Made by a program: the position numbers and the translations under genes. DNA of 32,000 nucleotides from Cylindrospermopsis raciborskii Cr2010 (GTDB lineage Bacteria; Cyanobacteriota; Cyanobacteriia; Cyanobacteriales; Nostocaceae): assembly GCF_003367075.2 (NCBI RefSeq), contig NZ_CP065936.1:2310001-2342000 (forward strand). Direction: 5' to 3'. The notes under the pieces are model-generated. The model did no database searches. It saw only the letters and a program-made list of their open reading frames with translations, and was not told the DNA's origin. Positions 1 to 9,708 of the stretch are shown piece after piece (positions within the stretch are counted from its first letter, which is position 1; every line of letters starts with the position of its first letter).

Positions 1-1
1 T

Positions 2-289
2 GCTGATACTTATATCGAAAAGGTTTGTGCGGGTCTACGTCACCAAGTTGCACAATGTTTAGTTTCTCGCGTAATTGTAGCCACTTCAGACCGGGCTCAA
101 CAGTTAGTAGTTCAAGGCTATGGTGCGGAGTGGTTATCAGCCAGACAATTATGTAACCAGGTAGAAGCAAAGGTTTGTCAGATGCGTAATCAACACCAAT
201 CACAAAAAAAATCTAAGGGTAGATTTTTATCCCATTCTATAAATGATGAAGCTAGACAAAAGTTAATTCGTCTAAGAATGGGTCTCTAG
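2..289 (+). CDS. 3' end of an unidentified protein-coding gene (partial; the start lies upstream of the window)
   Basis: Frame 2 is open for 95 codons from the window edge to TAG at 287-289 (...VIVATSDRAQQLVVQGYGAEWLSARQL...EARQKLIRLRMGL*). A stop-free run this long is unlikely by chance in AT-rich DNA. No family recognised. Confidence 0.5.
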   Translation, partial: ADTYIEKVCAGLRHQVAQCLVSRVIVATSDRAQQLVVQGYGAEWLSARQLCNQVEAKVCQMRNQHQSQKKSKGRFLSHSINDEARQKLIRLRMGL

Positions 290-350
290 GCCTGGTTGGT
301 GGTCCAAAAACAAAATTGGCAAATCAATGAAAAAATTCTCGCCGAGGTAC

Positions 351-379
351 TTGACATTGTCTGAATGTTGGTTTAATAT
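351..379 (+). promoter_or_regulatory. Sigma70-type promoter for tRNA-Asn (TTGACA-N17-TAATAT)
   Basis: TTGACA at 351-356, a 17-nt spacer, and TAATAT at 374-379. The predicted transcription start lies about 12-15 nt upstream of the mature tRNA 5' end at 399. Confidence 0.5.
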
Positions 380-398
380 TATTAAAGATGATGAGTTT

Positions 399-470
<72 letters not shown>

Positions 471-1529
471 TTATTCCTGGTTTTCTGTATACCAATGGTG
501 GAGGTTCTGTACCTGCACCCTACGGGAAACCCGTCGATATTTCTTGCTTTCTAGTTTTGGCTCGTAGTGATTCTCACCCTGACCTTTAGTCTTTAATTTT
601 AGGGTGGACTCAGGGTCAGACTGCTGTTGACAAATGGTTTGGTAGGCGATCGCCTCTTGCAAAAATTCCAGGTAGTATTCATATCTTTCCCAATCATTGT
701 TGACTATACAACCTGGTTCGTCTCGATGTAAACAATCACTAAATCGACAACTCCCCTTCTCTAAGAATTTTCTACCTTCGGGAAAATAGTAGATTAACTC
801 TTCTGGAGCAAAACCTAAATCTGGTTGATTAAACCCTGGTGTGTCTGCTAGTAAACCACCATTGGGTAACTCAAACAATTCTACGTGACGAGTGGTATGA
901 CGACCACGGGCCAACTTACCAGAAACCTTTCCCACCCTCAAGTTTCCCTGGGGAATTAATTGGTTAATCAAACTGGACTTCCCCACACCAGAAGGACCAG
1001 CAATTACCGTGATTTTATTTTTTAAATATTCCCTAGCTTCCTCAATATTCATACCCTCTTGGACGCTCAAAAAAATTGGCTTGTATCCCCAACTCTCTAA
1101 GCGATCGCTAATTGCTCTTCTTTCATCCTCTTTGATTAAGTCACATTTATTTAAACATAACCGAAGATCTATACCTGTAGACTCGCCCTTAATTAAAAAT
1201 CTACTTAACTGCACAGGTTCCAAAGGAGGATCCGCAAGTGCAAAAACTAAGAGAATTTGATTTACATTGGCGATCGCTGGTCTATCCAATTCAGTTTTTC
1301 GTGGTAAAACATCAGCGATCGCACCTCTTCCCCCCATCCAGTCAGGTTCTTCCACCAGTACCTGATCTCCCACCATTACCTGCTGACCAATTTTCTTCAA
1401 TCTGGTTCTGCGAGTGCACAGGAGAGTGGGAATTAGTCCCCCCTGTAACTGCACACGGTAAAAATTGGCCTGCACAGCCAACACCGTACCCACCAATTCT
1501 TGATTGGTAGCAATCCTATCTCCTGTCAT
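471..1529 (-). CDS. rsgA: Ribosome small-subunit-dependent GTPase A (RsgA/YjeQ)
   Basis: 352-aa ORF with an N-terminal OB-like region, a circularly permuted GTPase (NKCDL ... GPSGVGKSSLIN ... DTPGF) and a C-terminal Cys/His zinc knuckle (CRFSDCLHRDEPGC), all typical of RsgA. Confidence 0.93.
   Translation of the reverse strand: MTGDRIATNQELVGTVLAVQANFYRVQLQGGLIPTLLCTRRTRLKKIGQQVMVGDQVLVEEPDWMGGRGAIADVLPRKTELDRPAIANVNQILLVFALADPPLEPVQLSRFLIKGESTGIDLRLCLNKCDLIKEDERRAISDRLESWGYKPIFLSVQEGMNIEEAREYLKNKITVIAGPSGVGKSSLINQLIPQGNLRVGKVSGKLARGRHTTRHVELFELPNGGLLADTPGFNQPDLGFAPEELIYYFPEGRKFLEKGSCRFSDCLHRDEPGCIVNNDWERYEYYLEFLQEAIAYQTICQQQSDPESTLKLKTKGQGENHYEPKLESKKYRRVSRRVQVQNLHHWYTENQE
646..653. repeat. 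HIP1 octamer palindrome GCGATCGC (first of 17 hand-counted copies)
   Basis: Further copies start at 1101, 1270, 1315, 3306, 5674, 14083, 14955, 15206, 16271, 17545, 21736, 21883, 25481, 25914, 26025 and 30417. All lie inside coding sequence. Confidence 0.9.
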
Positions 1530-1554
1530 AATCTCATAAAGTTTAATGATATCA

Positions 1555-1803
1555 TCAGACTAGGGGACGACGTACTAATAAGGAAAAATACTCAGATTTG
1601 TCAGTAATATTTTCTACATGAAACCCAGCCATGGTCAGGCTGTCGGGAACCTGCTCAATTGGTTCACCCGGATCCAGCCAAACCTCGAGTAAACTGCCAT
1701 CAGACATTTGTTCTAGGCACAACTTCGTCCGTACAAAATTAATAGGACAAGGGGTTCCACGTAAATCTAATTGGTCATCAGGGGTAGACAAGCTCATGTT
1801 CAC
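1555..1803 (-). CDS. TusA/SirA-family sulfurtransferase-like small protein
   Basis: 82-aa ORF carrying LDLRGTPCPINFVRTKL, the TusA-type active-site Cys loop (the canonical CPxP is CPIN here). GTG start at 1803, or ATG at 1797. It begins 3 nt after the dnaJ stop. Confidence 0.8.
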   Translation of the reverse strand: MNMSLSTPDDQLDLRGTPCPINFVRTKLCLEQMSDGSLLEVWLDPGEPIEQVPDSLTMAGFHVENITDKSEYFSLLVRRPLV

Positions 1804-1806
1804 ACC

Positions 1807-2937
1807 TCATGCTTTAAATAGATTACCTAAGAAACCTTCTAAACCACCCTTACCGGTGCGGTCTCCCTTAATCTTAGCCAATTTTTCCAGTAGTTCTCGT
1901 TCCTCGGGAGTGACCTTGGTAGGAATATCAATTAACACTGTCAGCAGATGATCCCCTCGACTTACCGCATTACCCAACCGAGGTACTCCCCGATTTTCAA
2001 GTTTCATCACTGTGTTGGGTTGAGTCCCTGGGGGGATAGTTAACTCCACCGGACCATCCACAGTATTCACATCTATTCGACAACCCAAAATTGCCTGTAG
2101 ATAGCTAATTTTCAACTCCGAAAGAATGTTAATTCCATCCCGTTGAAACTCCTCATCATCATTAACAAACAGATAAACATATAAGTCCCCTGCTGGACCA
2201 CCCCGCTGACCAGAATCTCCTTCTTGAGAAATGCGCAGACGGGTTCCGTTATCCACACCTGCGGGAATTGTCACTTTCAGCTTCTTAGTTACCTGCTTCA
2301 TTCCCTTACCATCACAGGACTCACACTTATCTTCTATAACTGAGCCTGTTCCATTACAAGTAGGACAAGTAGAAACTTGAGTAAAACTGCCAAAGGGTGT
2401 CCTAGTCACGCGGCGCACCTGACCAGATCCGCTACATGTACTACAGGTGCGGGGACGGGTTCCTGGTTTGGCCCCTGTTCCACCACACACCTCACAGCTC
2501 TCCTGATGGGCAATACGAATTTCCTTTTCCCCACCAAACACTGCTTCCCGAAATTCCAACTTCAGGTCTAATCGGAGATCATCACCACGAACCGGTCCAC
2601 CCCGTCGCCTTTGCTGTTGAGCAGGTCCCCCCATTCCCCCAGCAAAACCACTAAAAATGCTTTCAAATATGTCGGCAAATCCCCCAGCATCCCCCATGTC
2701 CTGGAATCCAGCAGCACCCGATACTCCAGCTTCCCCAAATCGGTTATAGCGCTCTCGCGTGTCCGCTTCTGATAAAACCTCATAAGCACGATTAATCTCT
2801 TTGAACTTTTCTTCCGCCCCCGGTTCTTTATTCACATCTGGGTGATACTTCCGGGCTTGACGGCGATAAGCTTGTTTAATTTGTTCTTTGTCGGCATCAC
2901 GGGAGACACCTAGGATTTCATAATAGTCGCGGGCCAT
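1807..2937 (-). CDS. dnaJ: Molecular chaperone DnaJ (type I Hsp40)
   Basis: 376 aa. J domain (DYYEILGV...HPD), a G/F-rich linker, four CxxCxGxG zinc-finger repeats ([32 protein letters not shown]) and a C-terminal substrate-binding domain. Confidence 0.97.
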   Translation of the reverse strand: MARDYYEILGVSRDADKEQIKQAYRRQARKYHPDVNKEPGAEEKFKEINRAYEVLSEADTRERYNRFGEAGVSGAAGFQDMGDAGGFADIFESIFSGFAGGMGGPAQQQRRRGGPVRGDDLRLDLKLEFREAVFGGEKEIRIAHQESCEVCGGTGAKPGTRPRTCSTCSGSGQVRRVTRTPFGSFTQVSTCPTCNGTGSVIEDKCESCDGKGMKQVTKKLKVTIPAGVDNGTRLRISQEGDSGQRGGPAGDLYVYLFVNDDEEFQRDGINILSELKISYLQAILGCRIDVNTVDGPVELTIPPGTQPNTVMKLENRGVPRLGNAVSRGDHLLTVLIDIPTKVTPEERELLEKLAKIKGDRTGKGGLEGFLGNLFKA

Positions 2938-3089
2938 ATACTACGGTTAAGAGTAAGAACTAAGAGAGCAAAATTGGAATTCAGACGGACAATAGTTAAT
3001 TTTTGTTAATGAACTTATTACACCTTAACCATAACCTATAATCGGTCTTTCGCGAAAGTTATTGATAGGTGCAACATTGAATCTTCCAT

Positions 3090-3117
3090 ATTATAATTGT
3101 GCTACCTACCATGACAA
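3090..3117 (-). promoter_or_regulatory. Candidate promoter for dnaJ (TTGTCA-N16-TATAAT on the minus strand)
   Basis: On the minus strand: TTGTCA (plus coordinates 3117-3112), a 16-nt spacer, and TATAAT (3095-3090). This would give a leader of about 145 nt containing the perfect 12-nt palindrome CTTTCGCGAAAG (3047-3058). Confidence 0.3.
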
Positions 3118-3181
3118 AAACCAGCCCACCTCTTACAGGAAGTAACCGTACCAGTAGGTGTGGAAATCCGTCACCTGTTCC

Positions 3182-3207
3182 CCCGGAGATAGGTGGTAAT
3201 CTCCGGG
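3182..3207 (-). terminator. Stem-loop just downstream of grpE (candidate terminator)
   Basis: 9-bp perfect stem CCCGGAGAT/ATCTCCGGG with an 8-nt loop, 15 nt after the grpE stop. There is no clear U-tract on the minus strand, so function is uncertain. Confidence 0.35.
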
Positions 3208-3221
3208 TTGACTTACTATAT

Positions 3222-3887
3222 CTAATCTTGATCTGACTGGTCTTTTTCTTCCGTAACTGTATCTTCTATGGCAGCAGCTACCTTCACCATGGCATGACGT
3301 AGCACGCGATCGCCTAAAAAATAGCCACGAACCAACTCTTCTAAAACAGTTCCTTCTGGATGCTCGCTTGTCTGTTCTCGCATAACTGCTTCATGGAGAT
3401 TTGGGTCAAATTCCTGACCTTCAGGACGCATGGGTGACACTCCCATTTTTTTCAAGGAATCTACCAACTGTTTATAAACTCCTTGATAACTCTTATGTAT
3501 TGTCATCTCGCCATCATCTTGTGGTTTAAGGTGTGCCCTTGCTCGCTCAAAGTTATCCACCACAGGTAACAACTCCATAATTGTATTTCTTTTCACCTGT
3601 GTTTCTGTGTCTTCTTTTTCTTTGGAGATCCGTCTGCGATAGTTGTCAAAATCTGCTGCAATTCGCATGTACTGAGAACTACGTTCCTCAAGTTGAACCT
3701 TTAGAGACTGATTTTGTTGAGTCAGTTGAGTAATTAGATCCCTATTTACTACTTCTTCCACTGTAGGGACACCATTTTCCTCGCTTACAGTGGATTGTTC
3801 CGACAAATTGACATCCGCAGGTTGATGGTCACTCACGGTGCTGTCAGATTCTTGAGAATTGATCCCGGTTGGGTACTCGCTTGTCAT
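3222..3887 (-). CDS. grpE: Nucleotide exchange factor GrpE
   Basis: The C-terminal two-thirds match the GrpE fold (coiled coil ...LKVQLEERSSQYMRIAADFDNYRRR..., then ...LLPVVDNFERA...GVSPMRPEGQEFDPNLHEAV). I place the start at the ATG at 3887 (MTSEYPTG...), preceded by GAGG. The track ORF extends to 4079, but that extension has no GrpE-like sequence. Confidence 0.9.
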   Translation of the reverse strand: MTSEYPTGINSQESDSTVSDHQPADVNLSEQSTVSEENGVPTVEEVVNRDLITQLTQQNQSLKVQLEERSSQYMRIAADFDNYRRRISKEKEDTETQVKRNTIMELLPVVDNFERARAHLKPQDDGEMTIHKSYQGVYKQLVDSLKKMGVSPMRPEGQEFDPNLHEAVMREQTSEHPEGTVLEELVRGYFLGDRVLRHAMVKVAAAIEDTVTEEKDQSDQD

Positions 3888-4236
3888 TGCTTTACCTCTA
3901 TTGGTTCTTCCAATCACTAAATAATATGGTTTACTTAATTCACCTAAAAATCGGACAAAAATCCCAGGTCGCGACGACACGATAATTTTGCCCGTTTTGA
4001 CTATTTGTATATTTTGCGGGGGGAGTCTGTTCAACCACCACCACTTGGACATTATACAATTGCTATTTAGATATGGCAATGTGTTTTAAGCAAAGATAGA
4101 GGATAAGAAGAATAATAATAATATGGATGTAAAAACTACACTGTTACAAGTATAGTATATAATGTTTCTAAAGTAGGATCCTTTATTTCGGTAAAAAAGC
4201 TAAAAATAGTAAAAATATAAACTAGTATACCTTACC

Positions 4237-6255
4237 ATGACTTACTCGGTTAAAAAACGTTTAGACAAAACTAGTGCTAGTCAAACTAACACTCTTCCCG
4301 TACTGAACAACTTAGTAAACAAACTAGTTAAATCTGGTCATATTCATAGGGAACAGATGAAACTGGCCGTGATGGAAAGTCTTGAATCTGGGAAAGTATT
4401 AACAGATGTTTTACAATCTATAGCCAGAGGGAAGTTAGATCCCCAGTTAATCAGAGAATGTAAAAAACAGCATTTATTTGAATTAAAAATACTATATGGT
4501 GTAGAATATATAGACCCAGAAGTCAGTCAAATGAACTGGAATATTATCAGAGAATTGACCGAGAGTTTAATACCAATAGATATTTGTCGTAGTTATGGAT
4601 TATTACCATTAGGAAAGGAAGAAAATCAGAATCCACCCCAGGTGTTAGTAGCAATGGTTGAGCCAGATAATTTAGCAGCATGTGATTACCTTAATAGGAT
4701 ATTACAACCGCCAAACTGGCAGTTTAAACGTCTAGTAATTGCCGCAGAAGATTACGAAATATTAATTAATCAATACACAGATGAAGTAATCAAAGAAGCA
4801 AGAGAAAAAGAGCAAACTCAATTCACAGATATTAGCCAAGACCTAGAAAGTTTAAGTCTTGAGGTTATGGAGCAGAGACTAGAAGAAGGAGATCTAGATT
4901 TGACAGTAGCCATGAGAGAAGCTCAAGATGAGCCAATTATTAATCTTGTGAATAAAATTCTCTTTTTAGCCCTGCGAGATAGTGCTTCAGATATTCACGT
5001 TGAACCTCAAGAAGAATATTTACGAATTCGGTTTCGCAACGATGGGGTACTGCGGGAATCGGAATCTATTCCCCCCATTCCCAAACATATTATTCCTGCA
5101 GTTACCGCGCGAATTAAAATTATCTCCAATCTAGATATCGCCGAAAAAAGATTGCCCCAAGATGGCAGAATTCGCAGAGTATTTGATGGTAGAAAGGTAG
5201 ATATCCGAGTCAGCACCTTACCCAACCGCTACGGAGAAAAAATCTGTCTGAGGATTTTAGACAATTCCTCCACTAAATTACCCCTAGATCAGATAATTAC
5301 TGATCCCCATACTTTGCAGGTATTTAAAAATATTATTCATAAACCCCTAGGTTTAATTTTAGTTACAGGTCCAACCGGTTCTGGAAAAACTACCTCCTTA
5401 TATTCTGCTCTAGCAGAATTAAATGATCCGGGAATTAATATTAGTACAGTTGAAGATCCCGTAGAATACAGTTTACCGGGACTGACTCAAGTACAGGTAA
5501 TCAGAGAAAAGGGATTAGACTTTACCACAGTTCTGCGAGCTTTTCTGCGACAAGACCCAGACGTGTTATTGGTGGGAGAAACACGAGATGGGGAAACTGC
5601 GAAAACTGCAATTGAAGCAGCACTAACCGGACATCTAGTATTCACTACCTTGCATACTATAGATGCTGCAGGAGCGATCGCCCGCTTGCTAGAAATGGGT
5701 ATTGAACCATTTATGATTTCTAGTTCTCTAATTGGTGTATTAGCCCAGAGGTTAGTGCGTAGACTGTGTCCCACATGTCGAATTCCCTATACTCCTACAG
5801 TTCAAGAACTAGGGAGATATGGTTTATCCCTAGCGCAAGAAGGCAATGTCATTTTCTATAAAGCTAATACCATATCATCAGAACTAATAGGAAAAAGCCC
5901 AAATAAAATCAAAATTTGTCCTAACTGTTATGGTACTGGCTACAAAGGGCGTTGTGGAGTGTATGAAGTTATGACAATTACGCAAAAAATACAAAGTTTA
6001 ATTAATCAAGAAGCTGACACAGCCAAAATTAAAGAAGCAGCTTTAGAAGAGGGAATGATAACCCTATTGGGTTATAGTCTCAATCTAGTTCGTCAAGGTA
6101 TAACGACCTTAGAAGAAGTGGAGCGGGTGGTATATACAGATAGGGAATTAAAAGTCTCACGACAGAATAGTCTCACATGTCAATGTTGTGATGCTACCCT
6201 AAAACCAGAGTGGTTAGATTGTCCTTATTGTTTGACCCCCAGATTAATTAATTAA
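4237..6255 (+). CDS. pilB: Type IV pilus assembly ATPase PilB (GspE family)
   Basis: 672 aa. N-terminal T2SSE_N-type domains, Walker A GPTGSGKTT, Asp/His boxes, the tetracysteine motif CPTC...CPNCYGTGYKGRCGVYE, and an extra C-terminal CxxC...CxxC tail. First gene of a pilB-pilT-pilC operon. Confidence 0.93.
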   Translation: MTYSVKKRLDKTSASQTNTLPVLNNLVNKLVKSGHIHREQMKLAVMESLESGKVLTDVLQSIARGKLDPQLIRECKKQHLFELKILYGVEYIDPEVSQMNWNIIRELTESLIPIDICRSYGLLPLGKEENQNPPQVLVAMVEPDNLAACDYLNRILQPPNWQFKRLVIAAEDYEILINQYTDEVIKEAREKEQTQFTDISQDLESLSLEVMEQRLEEGDLDLTVAMREAQDEPIINLVNKILFLALRDSASDIHVEPQEEYLRIRFRNDGVLRESESIPPIPKHIIPAVTARIKIISNLDIAEKRLPQDGRIRRVFDGRKVDIRVSTLPNRYGEKICLRILDNSSTKLPLDQIITDPHTLQVFKNIIHKPLGLILVTGPTGSGKTTSLYSALAELNDPGINISTVEDPVEYSLPGLTQVQVIREKGLDFTTVLRAFLRQDPDVLLVGETRDGETAKTAIEAALTGHLVFTTLHTIDAAGAIARLLEMGIEPFMISSSLIGVLAQRLVRRLCPTCRIPYTPTVQELGRYGLSLAQEGNVIFYKANTISSELIGKSPNKIKICPNCYGTGYKGRCGVYEVMTITQKIQSLINQEADTAKIKEAALEEGMITLLGYSLNLVRQGITTLEEVERVVYTDRELKVSRQNSLTCQCCDATLKPEWLDCPYCLTPRLIN

Positions 6256-6272
6256 GAAATCTCCTATTATAT

Positions 6273-7349
6273 ATGGAATACACAATTCAAGAACTGCTGC
6301 AAAATTTAGTAGATATGGGTGGTTCAGACCTGCATCTATCTGCAAGTTTAAGACCCTATTTTCGCATTGGTGGAAAACTGACTCCTATAGGTAATGAGAT
6401 ATTAACACCAAATGAATGTGAAAGACTGATTTTTAGTATGTTGAATAATGACCAGCGTCACAGGTTAGAAAAAACCTGGGAGTTAGATTGTTCTTATGAA
6501 ATAAAAGCTCTAGCACGTTTTCGAGTTAACGTCTATAAAGAAAGGGGCAATTATGCAGCTTGTTTACGAGTTTTAAGTTATAAAATTCCCAATTTTCAAG
6601 AGTTAGGTTTGCCCAATATTGTTCGAGAAATAGCAGAAAAACCCAGAGGACTAGTTCTTGTTACAGGTCCCACCGGTTCTGGTAAAACCACTACCCTAGC
6701 TGCAATGATTGATTTAATCAACCAAAATCGAGCTGAACATATTCTAACCATAGAAGACCCAATAGAATTTGTGCATGAGCCAATTAAAAGTTTAATCCAC
6801 CAACGGCAATTAGGTGAAGATACACGGAGTTTTGCCAATGCTTTAAAAGCAGCTTTACGAGAAGATCCAGATATTATTCTCGTGGGTGAAATGCGGGACC
6901 TAGAAACGATTTCTTTAGCTATTTCCGCTGCGGAAACAGGTCATTTGGTCTTAGCCACATTACATACTAATTCAGCAGCACAGACGATTGATAGAATCAT
7001 TGATGTTTTTCCTGCAGAACGACAAATGCAAATTAGAGTACAATTATCTAACTCCCTATTGGCAGTTTTCAGTCAAATCCTAGTCCCTAGAAAAACCGTT
7101 AGACCAGGTGGATCTAGTCGGGTGATGGCACAGGAAATTATGATAGTTACTCCAGCAATTGCTAACTTAATAAGGGAAGGAAAAATAGCCCAGATATATT
7201 CCTTTATTCAAACAGGAAGTAAATTGGGAATGCAAACCTTAGAAAAAGCCCTATATGAGCTATTTAAAGCTGGTCTTATTTCTCAAGAACTAGCACTTTC
7301 TAAGACATCTAGACCGGATGAAGTGCAACGGTTAATTGGTATTTTGTAA
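6273..7349 (+). CDS. pilT: Type IV pilus retraction ATPase PilT
   Basis: 358 aa. GSDLHL N-terminal motif, Walker A GPTGSGKTTT, ILTIEDPIEF, ILVGEMRD and the AIANLIREGK PilT signature. Starts 17 nt after pilB. Confidence 0.93.
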   Translation: MEYTIQELLQNLVDMGGSDLHLSASLRPYFRIGGKLTPIGNEILTPNECERLIFSMLNNDQRHRLEKTWELDCSYEIKALARFRVNVYKERGNYAACLRVLSYKIPNFQELGLPNIVREIAEKPRGLVLVTGPTGSGKTTTLAAMIDLINQNRAEHILTIEDPIEFVHEPIKSLIHQRQLGEDTRSFANALKAALREDPDIILVGEMRDLETISLAISAAETGHLVLATLHTNSAAQTIDRIIDVFPAERQMQIRVQLSNSLLAVFSQILVPRKTVRPGGSSRVMAQEIMIVTPAIANLIREGKIAQIYSFIQTGSKLGMQTLEKALYELFKAGLISQELALSKTSRPDEVQRLIGIL

Positions 7350-7391
7350 TCGGTATTTTGTAATTACTAAAAATCTCCTACCTAGAAAACT

Positions 7392-8651
7392 ATGGATATT
7401 TACATTGCTGTTGTTCAAAACTCTCAAGGTAAAACCAAAACCCAGAAATTAATGGCTAATTCCCTAACTGAAGCACAAAATAAACTCCGCTGTCAGGGAC
7501 TAATGGTGAAAGCTCTCAATAAATACTCAAAATCATCCATCAAAAAATCTCCTAGATTAAACTCACATTTATATTGGCAAAAGTTCCAGGACTATTTTTC
7601 CCATTACTTAGTGAGGGTAACAGTCCAAGATAAGGCGATTTTTTCCCGGCAATTTGCCACCTTAGTTAATTCAGGGGTGACAATCATAAAATCTTTGGAT
7701 ATTATTTCTCTACAGTGTCCTAACCCCAAATTGAAAAAAGCCCTAAATCAAATATCTACGGATATTAAAACAGGAATAAATCTTTCCGATTCCATGAAAA
7801 AGCACCCCGATTGTTTCGATGCTTTATATATTAGTATGGTGCAAGCTGGAGAAGCAGGAGGAGTGCTTGATGATGTTTTACATCGATTGGCTAAATTATT
7901 AGAAGACCTGGCTAAACTACAAAATCAAATTAAATCTGCTCTCTCCTATCCTATATTTGTAGGTTGTTTCGCCATAGCTATTGCTTTGGCAATGACAATT
8001 TTTATCATCCCCATTTTCGCCAATGTTTTTAAAAACATGGGAGTAGAATTACCAATAATCACAAAAATTTTAATCAGTTTTAGTCAAACTTTAAATAGCT
8101 GGGGTTTTCTGGTAATAATTACACTAATAATTATGGGATTACTTGCTATTCAACAATATTATAAAACCAATGGGGGCAAACTAAAGATTGATTGGCTATT
8201 TTTAAAAATTCCCCTACTGGGAAAATTAATGCAAAAGTCTTTTGTGGCTAAATTCAGCAGAACCTTTGCCTCCTTGATTCGTTCTGGAGTACCCATGATC
8301 ACTAGTTTAGCAATAGTCAAAAACACATCGGGAAATCAGGTCATTGCTAATGCTATTGATTATGCTAGGAAAGACCTAGAAAAAGGGGGTATGCTCAGTC
8401 AATCTCTGAATAAAAGCGGGGTGTTTCCACAAATGGCAATTCAAATGATGATAATTGGGGAAGAAACCGGGGAACTAGATGAAATGCTAATGAAAATTGC
8501 GGATTTTTATGAACATGAAGTGGAGCAAACTATCAAATCAATTCTCAGTATATTGGAACCAATCATGATTGTACTCTTGGGAGGGATGGTAGCGACAATT
8601 TTGCTGGCTATGTACTTGCCAATGTTTAGAATGTTTGAAAACATAGGATAG
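7392..8651 (+). CDS. pilC: Type IV pilus platform protein PilC (GspF family)
   Basis: 419 aa with two GspF-type repeats (FSRQFATLVNSGV... and FSRTFASLIRSGVP...) and three predicted transmembrane segments. Third gene of the pil operon. Confidence 0.92.
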   Translation: MDIYIAVVQNSQGKTKTQKLMANSLTEAQNKLRCQGLMVKALNKYSKSSIKKSPRLNSHLYWQKFQDYFSHYLVRVTVQDKAIFSRQFATLVNSGVTIIKSLDIISLQCPNPKLKKALNQISTDIKTGINLSDSMKKHPDCFDALYISMVQAGEAGGVLDDVLHRLAKLLEDLAKLQNQIKSALSYPIFVGCFAIAIALAMTIFIIPIFANVFKNMGVELPIITKILISFSQTLNSWGFLVIITLIIMGLLAIQQYYKTNGGKLKIDWLFLKIPLLGKLMQKSFVAKFSRTFASLIRSGVPMITSLAIVKNTSGNQVIANAIDYARKDLEKGGMLSQSLNKSGVFPQMAIQMMIIGEETGELDEMLMKIADFYEHEVEQTIKSILSILEPIMIVLLGGMVATILLAMYLPMFRMFENIG

Positions 8652-8679
8652 CCAGTACATTTACCCATCTCCCCACTTT

Positions 8680-9708
8680 CTAGCGAACAAACTGAGGCAT
8701 AACTTCTGCTGCGGTAAACAAACCGTAAATACCTTTTTTGTGGAATTGATACCCTGCTTTCAAGTAACCAAAAGCAGGTCCACATACATTAGCCGCCATA
8801 CTAGTCTCATCCCCTAATGTAAAGGTATGAGTAGAAATTCTGCCCTCAAAAGTGCGTCCAGTAATTTTGACATTAGTACTAAGGGGCTTTTTCGGGTTAC
8901 GAGTATCAACCACACCACCCACTGTCACCCTATCCCGTGGACATATACCAGCAATTTCTAGCATTACATCATCAGCATGTTCCATATTTTCTAGGGTTAG
9001 CACTCCATTAGTTTTGTCTAGTAGTGCTTCTACTTCCTCGTCGGTCATTCCTCTGGCAATTTCTACGTTATAACCAGGTATGTGCGCGATATCTTCCCTA
9101 ATAGTAGCGCGGTAAGCTTCCCAATTAGCAATACCTACACCAAAAGTAATTTCTACCTTATGAATTTCAGCATAGCTTTGAGCTGCTAAAGCAGCAGCAG
9201 CAGTTAAAAGTCCAGGAGTTGCTCCACAACCGGTCATATAGGTAATTTGCGCCATCTCCAGTTCTTTTTTCATGGCAAGAAGCTGCTCTACTGCACTGGT
9301 GCGTTTAATAGCATCCACCAACACACCTTGCCAACCAGCAGTGATAAATTGTTGGGTCACTTTGGGGATAAAATCATTAGGAAGGTTAGGTAAAGCCAGA
9401 AAATAGGCATCCACCCCTGGAGCATTAGCAATTAAATCCTTAATGCTGTGATTACTTAAATTACCATGGGACTGCAAGTAACCAACGGATCCCTGTTGTT
9501 GATAAGTGGTAATGGCGAAGTTTGTGTTTAAACCAACTGTTGAGTAGGCGTAGCCTTTTTGATCTGCAACTGCTACTAGAAGCATTTCCCGTTTCCCAGA
9601 CAGAACTTTAGCTGCTGCTTGTCCAAGTCCGCCAAAGCCCAATACTCCAATGCGAAGAGGTTGACTAGTAATTCCTGTATTCATCGTGGTTTTTGTATCT
9701 TGGGTCAT
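8680..9708 (-). CDS. NAD(P)-binding oxidoreductase, saccharopine-dehydrogenase-like
   Basis: 342 aa. N-terminal Rossmann motif [14 protein letters not shown] and an internal GCGATPGL motif typical of saccharopine/diaminopimelate-dehydrogenase-like folds. Substrate unknown. Confidence 0.7.
   Translation of the reverse strand: MTQDTKTTMNTGITSQPLRIGVLGFGGLGQAAAKVLSGKREMLLVAVADQKGYAYSTVGLNTNFAITTYQQQGSVGYLQSHGNLSNHSIKDLIANAPGVDAYFLALPNLPNDFIPKVTQQFITAGWQGVLVDAIKRTSAVEQLLAMKKELEMAQITYMTGCGATPGLLTAAAALAAQSYAEIHKVEITFGVGIANWEAYRATIREDIAHIPGYNVEIARGMTDEEVEALLDKTNGVLTLENMEHADDVMLEIAGICPRDRVTVGGVVDTRNPKKPLSTNVKITGRTFEGRISTHTFTLGDETSMAANVCGPAFGYLKAGYQFHKKGIYGLFTAAEVMPQFVR

Noticed and set aside
1009-2789. 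Track ORFs 1009-1260(+), 1238-1510(+), 1631-1951(+), 2377-2571(+), 2436-2654(+) and 2568-2789(-).
   Set aside because: All lie antisense to, or out of frame within, the strongly supported rsgA, tusA-like and dnaJ genes. Their composition is low-complexity (Ser/Pro/Leu-rich), typical of shadow ORFs.
3888-4079. A 64-codon N-terminal extension of the grpE ORF (MPYLNSNCIMSKWWW...) given by the ORF track.
   Set aside because: The extension has no GrpE-like sequence and unusual composition. The ATG at 3887 has a GAGG motif upstream and gives a normal-length GrpE, so the extension is most likely just open frame upstream of the true start.
2938-4236. Looked for a CIRCE/HrcA operator (TTAGCACTC-N9-GAGTGCTAA) upstream of dnaJ and grpE.
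   Set aside because: No match or near-match is seen on either strand. In cyanobacteria CIRCE is mainly associated with the groE genes.
5007-9073. Track ORFs 5007-5225(-), 5487-5774(-), 6596-6838(-), 8507-8785(-) and 8852-9073(+).
   Set aside because: These are shadow ORFs inside pilB, pilT, pilC and the oxidoreductase gene, with no recognisable motifs.
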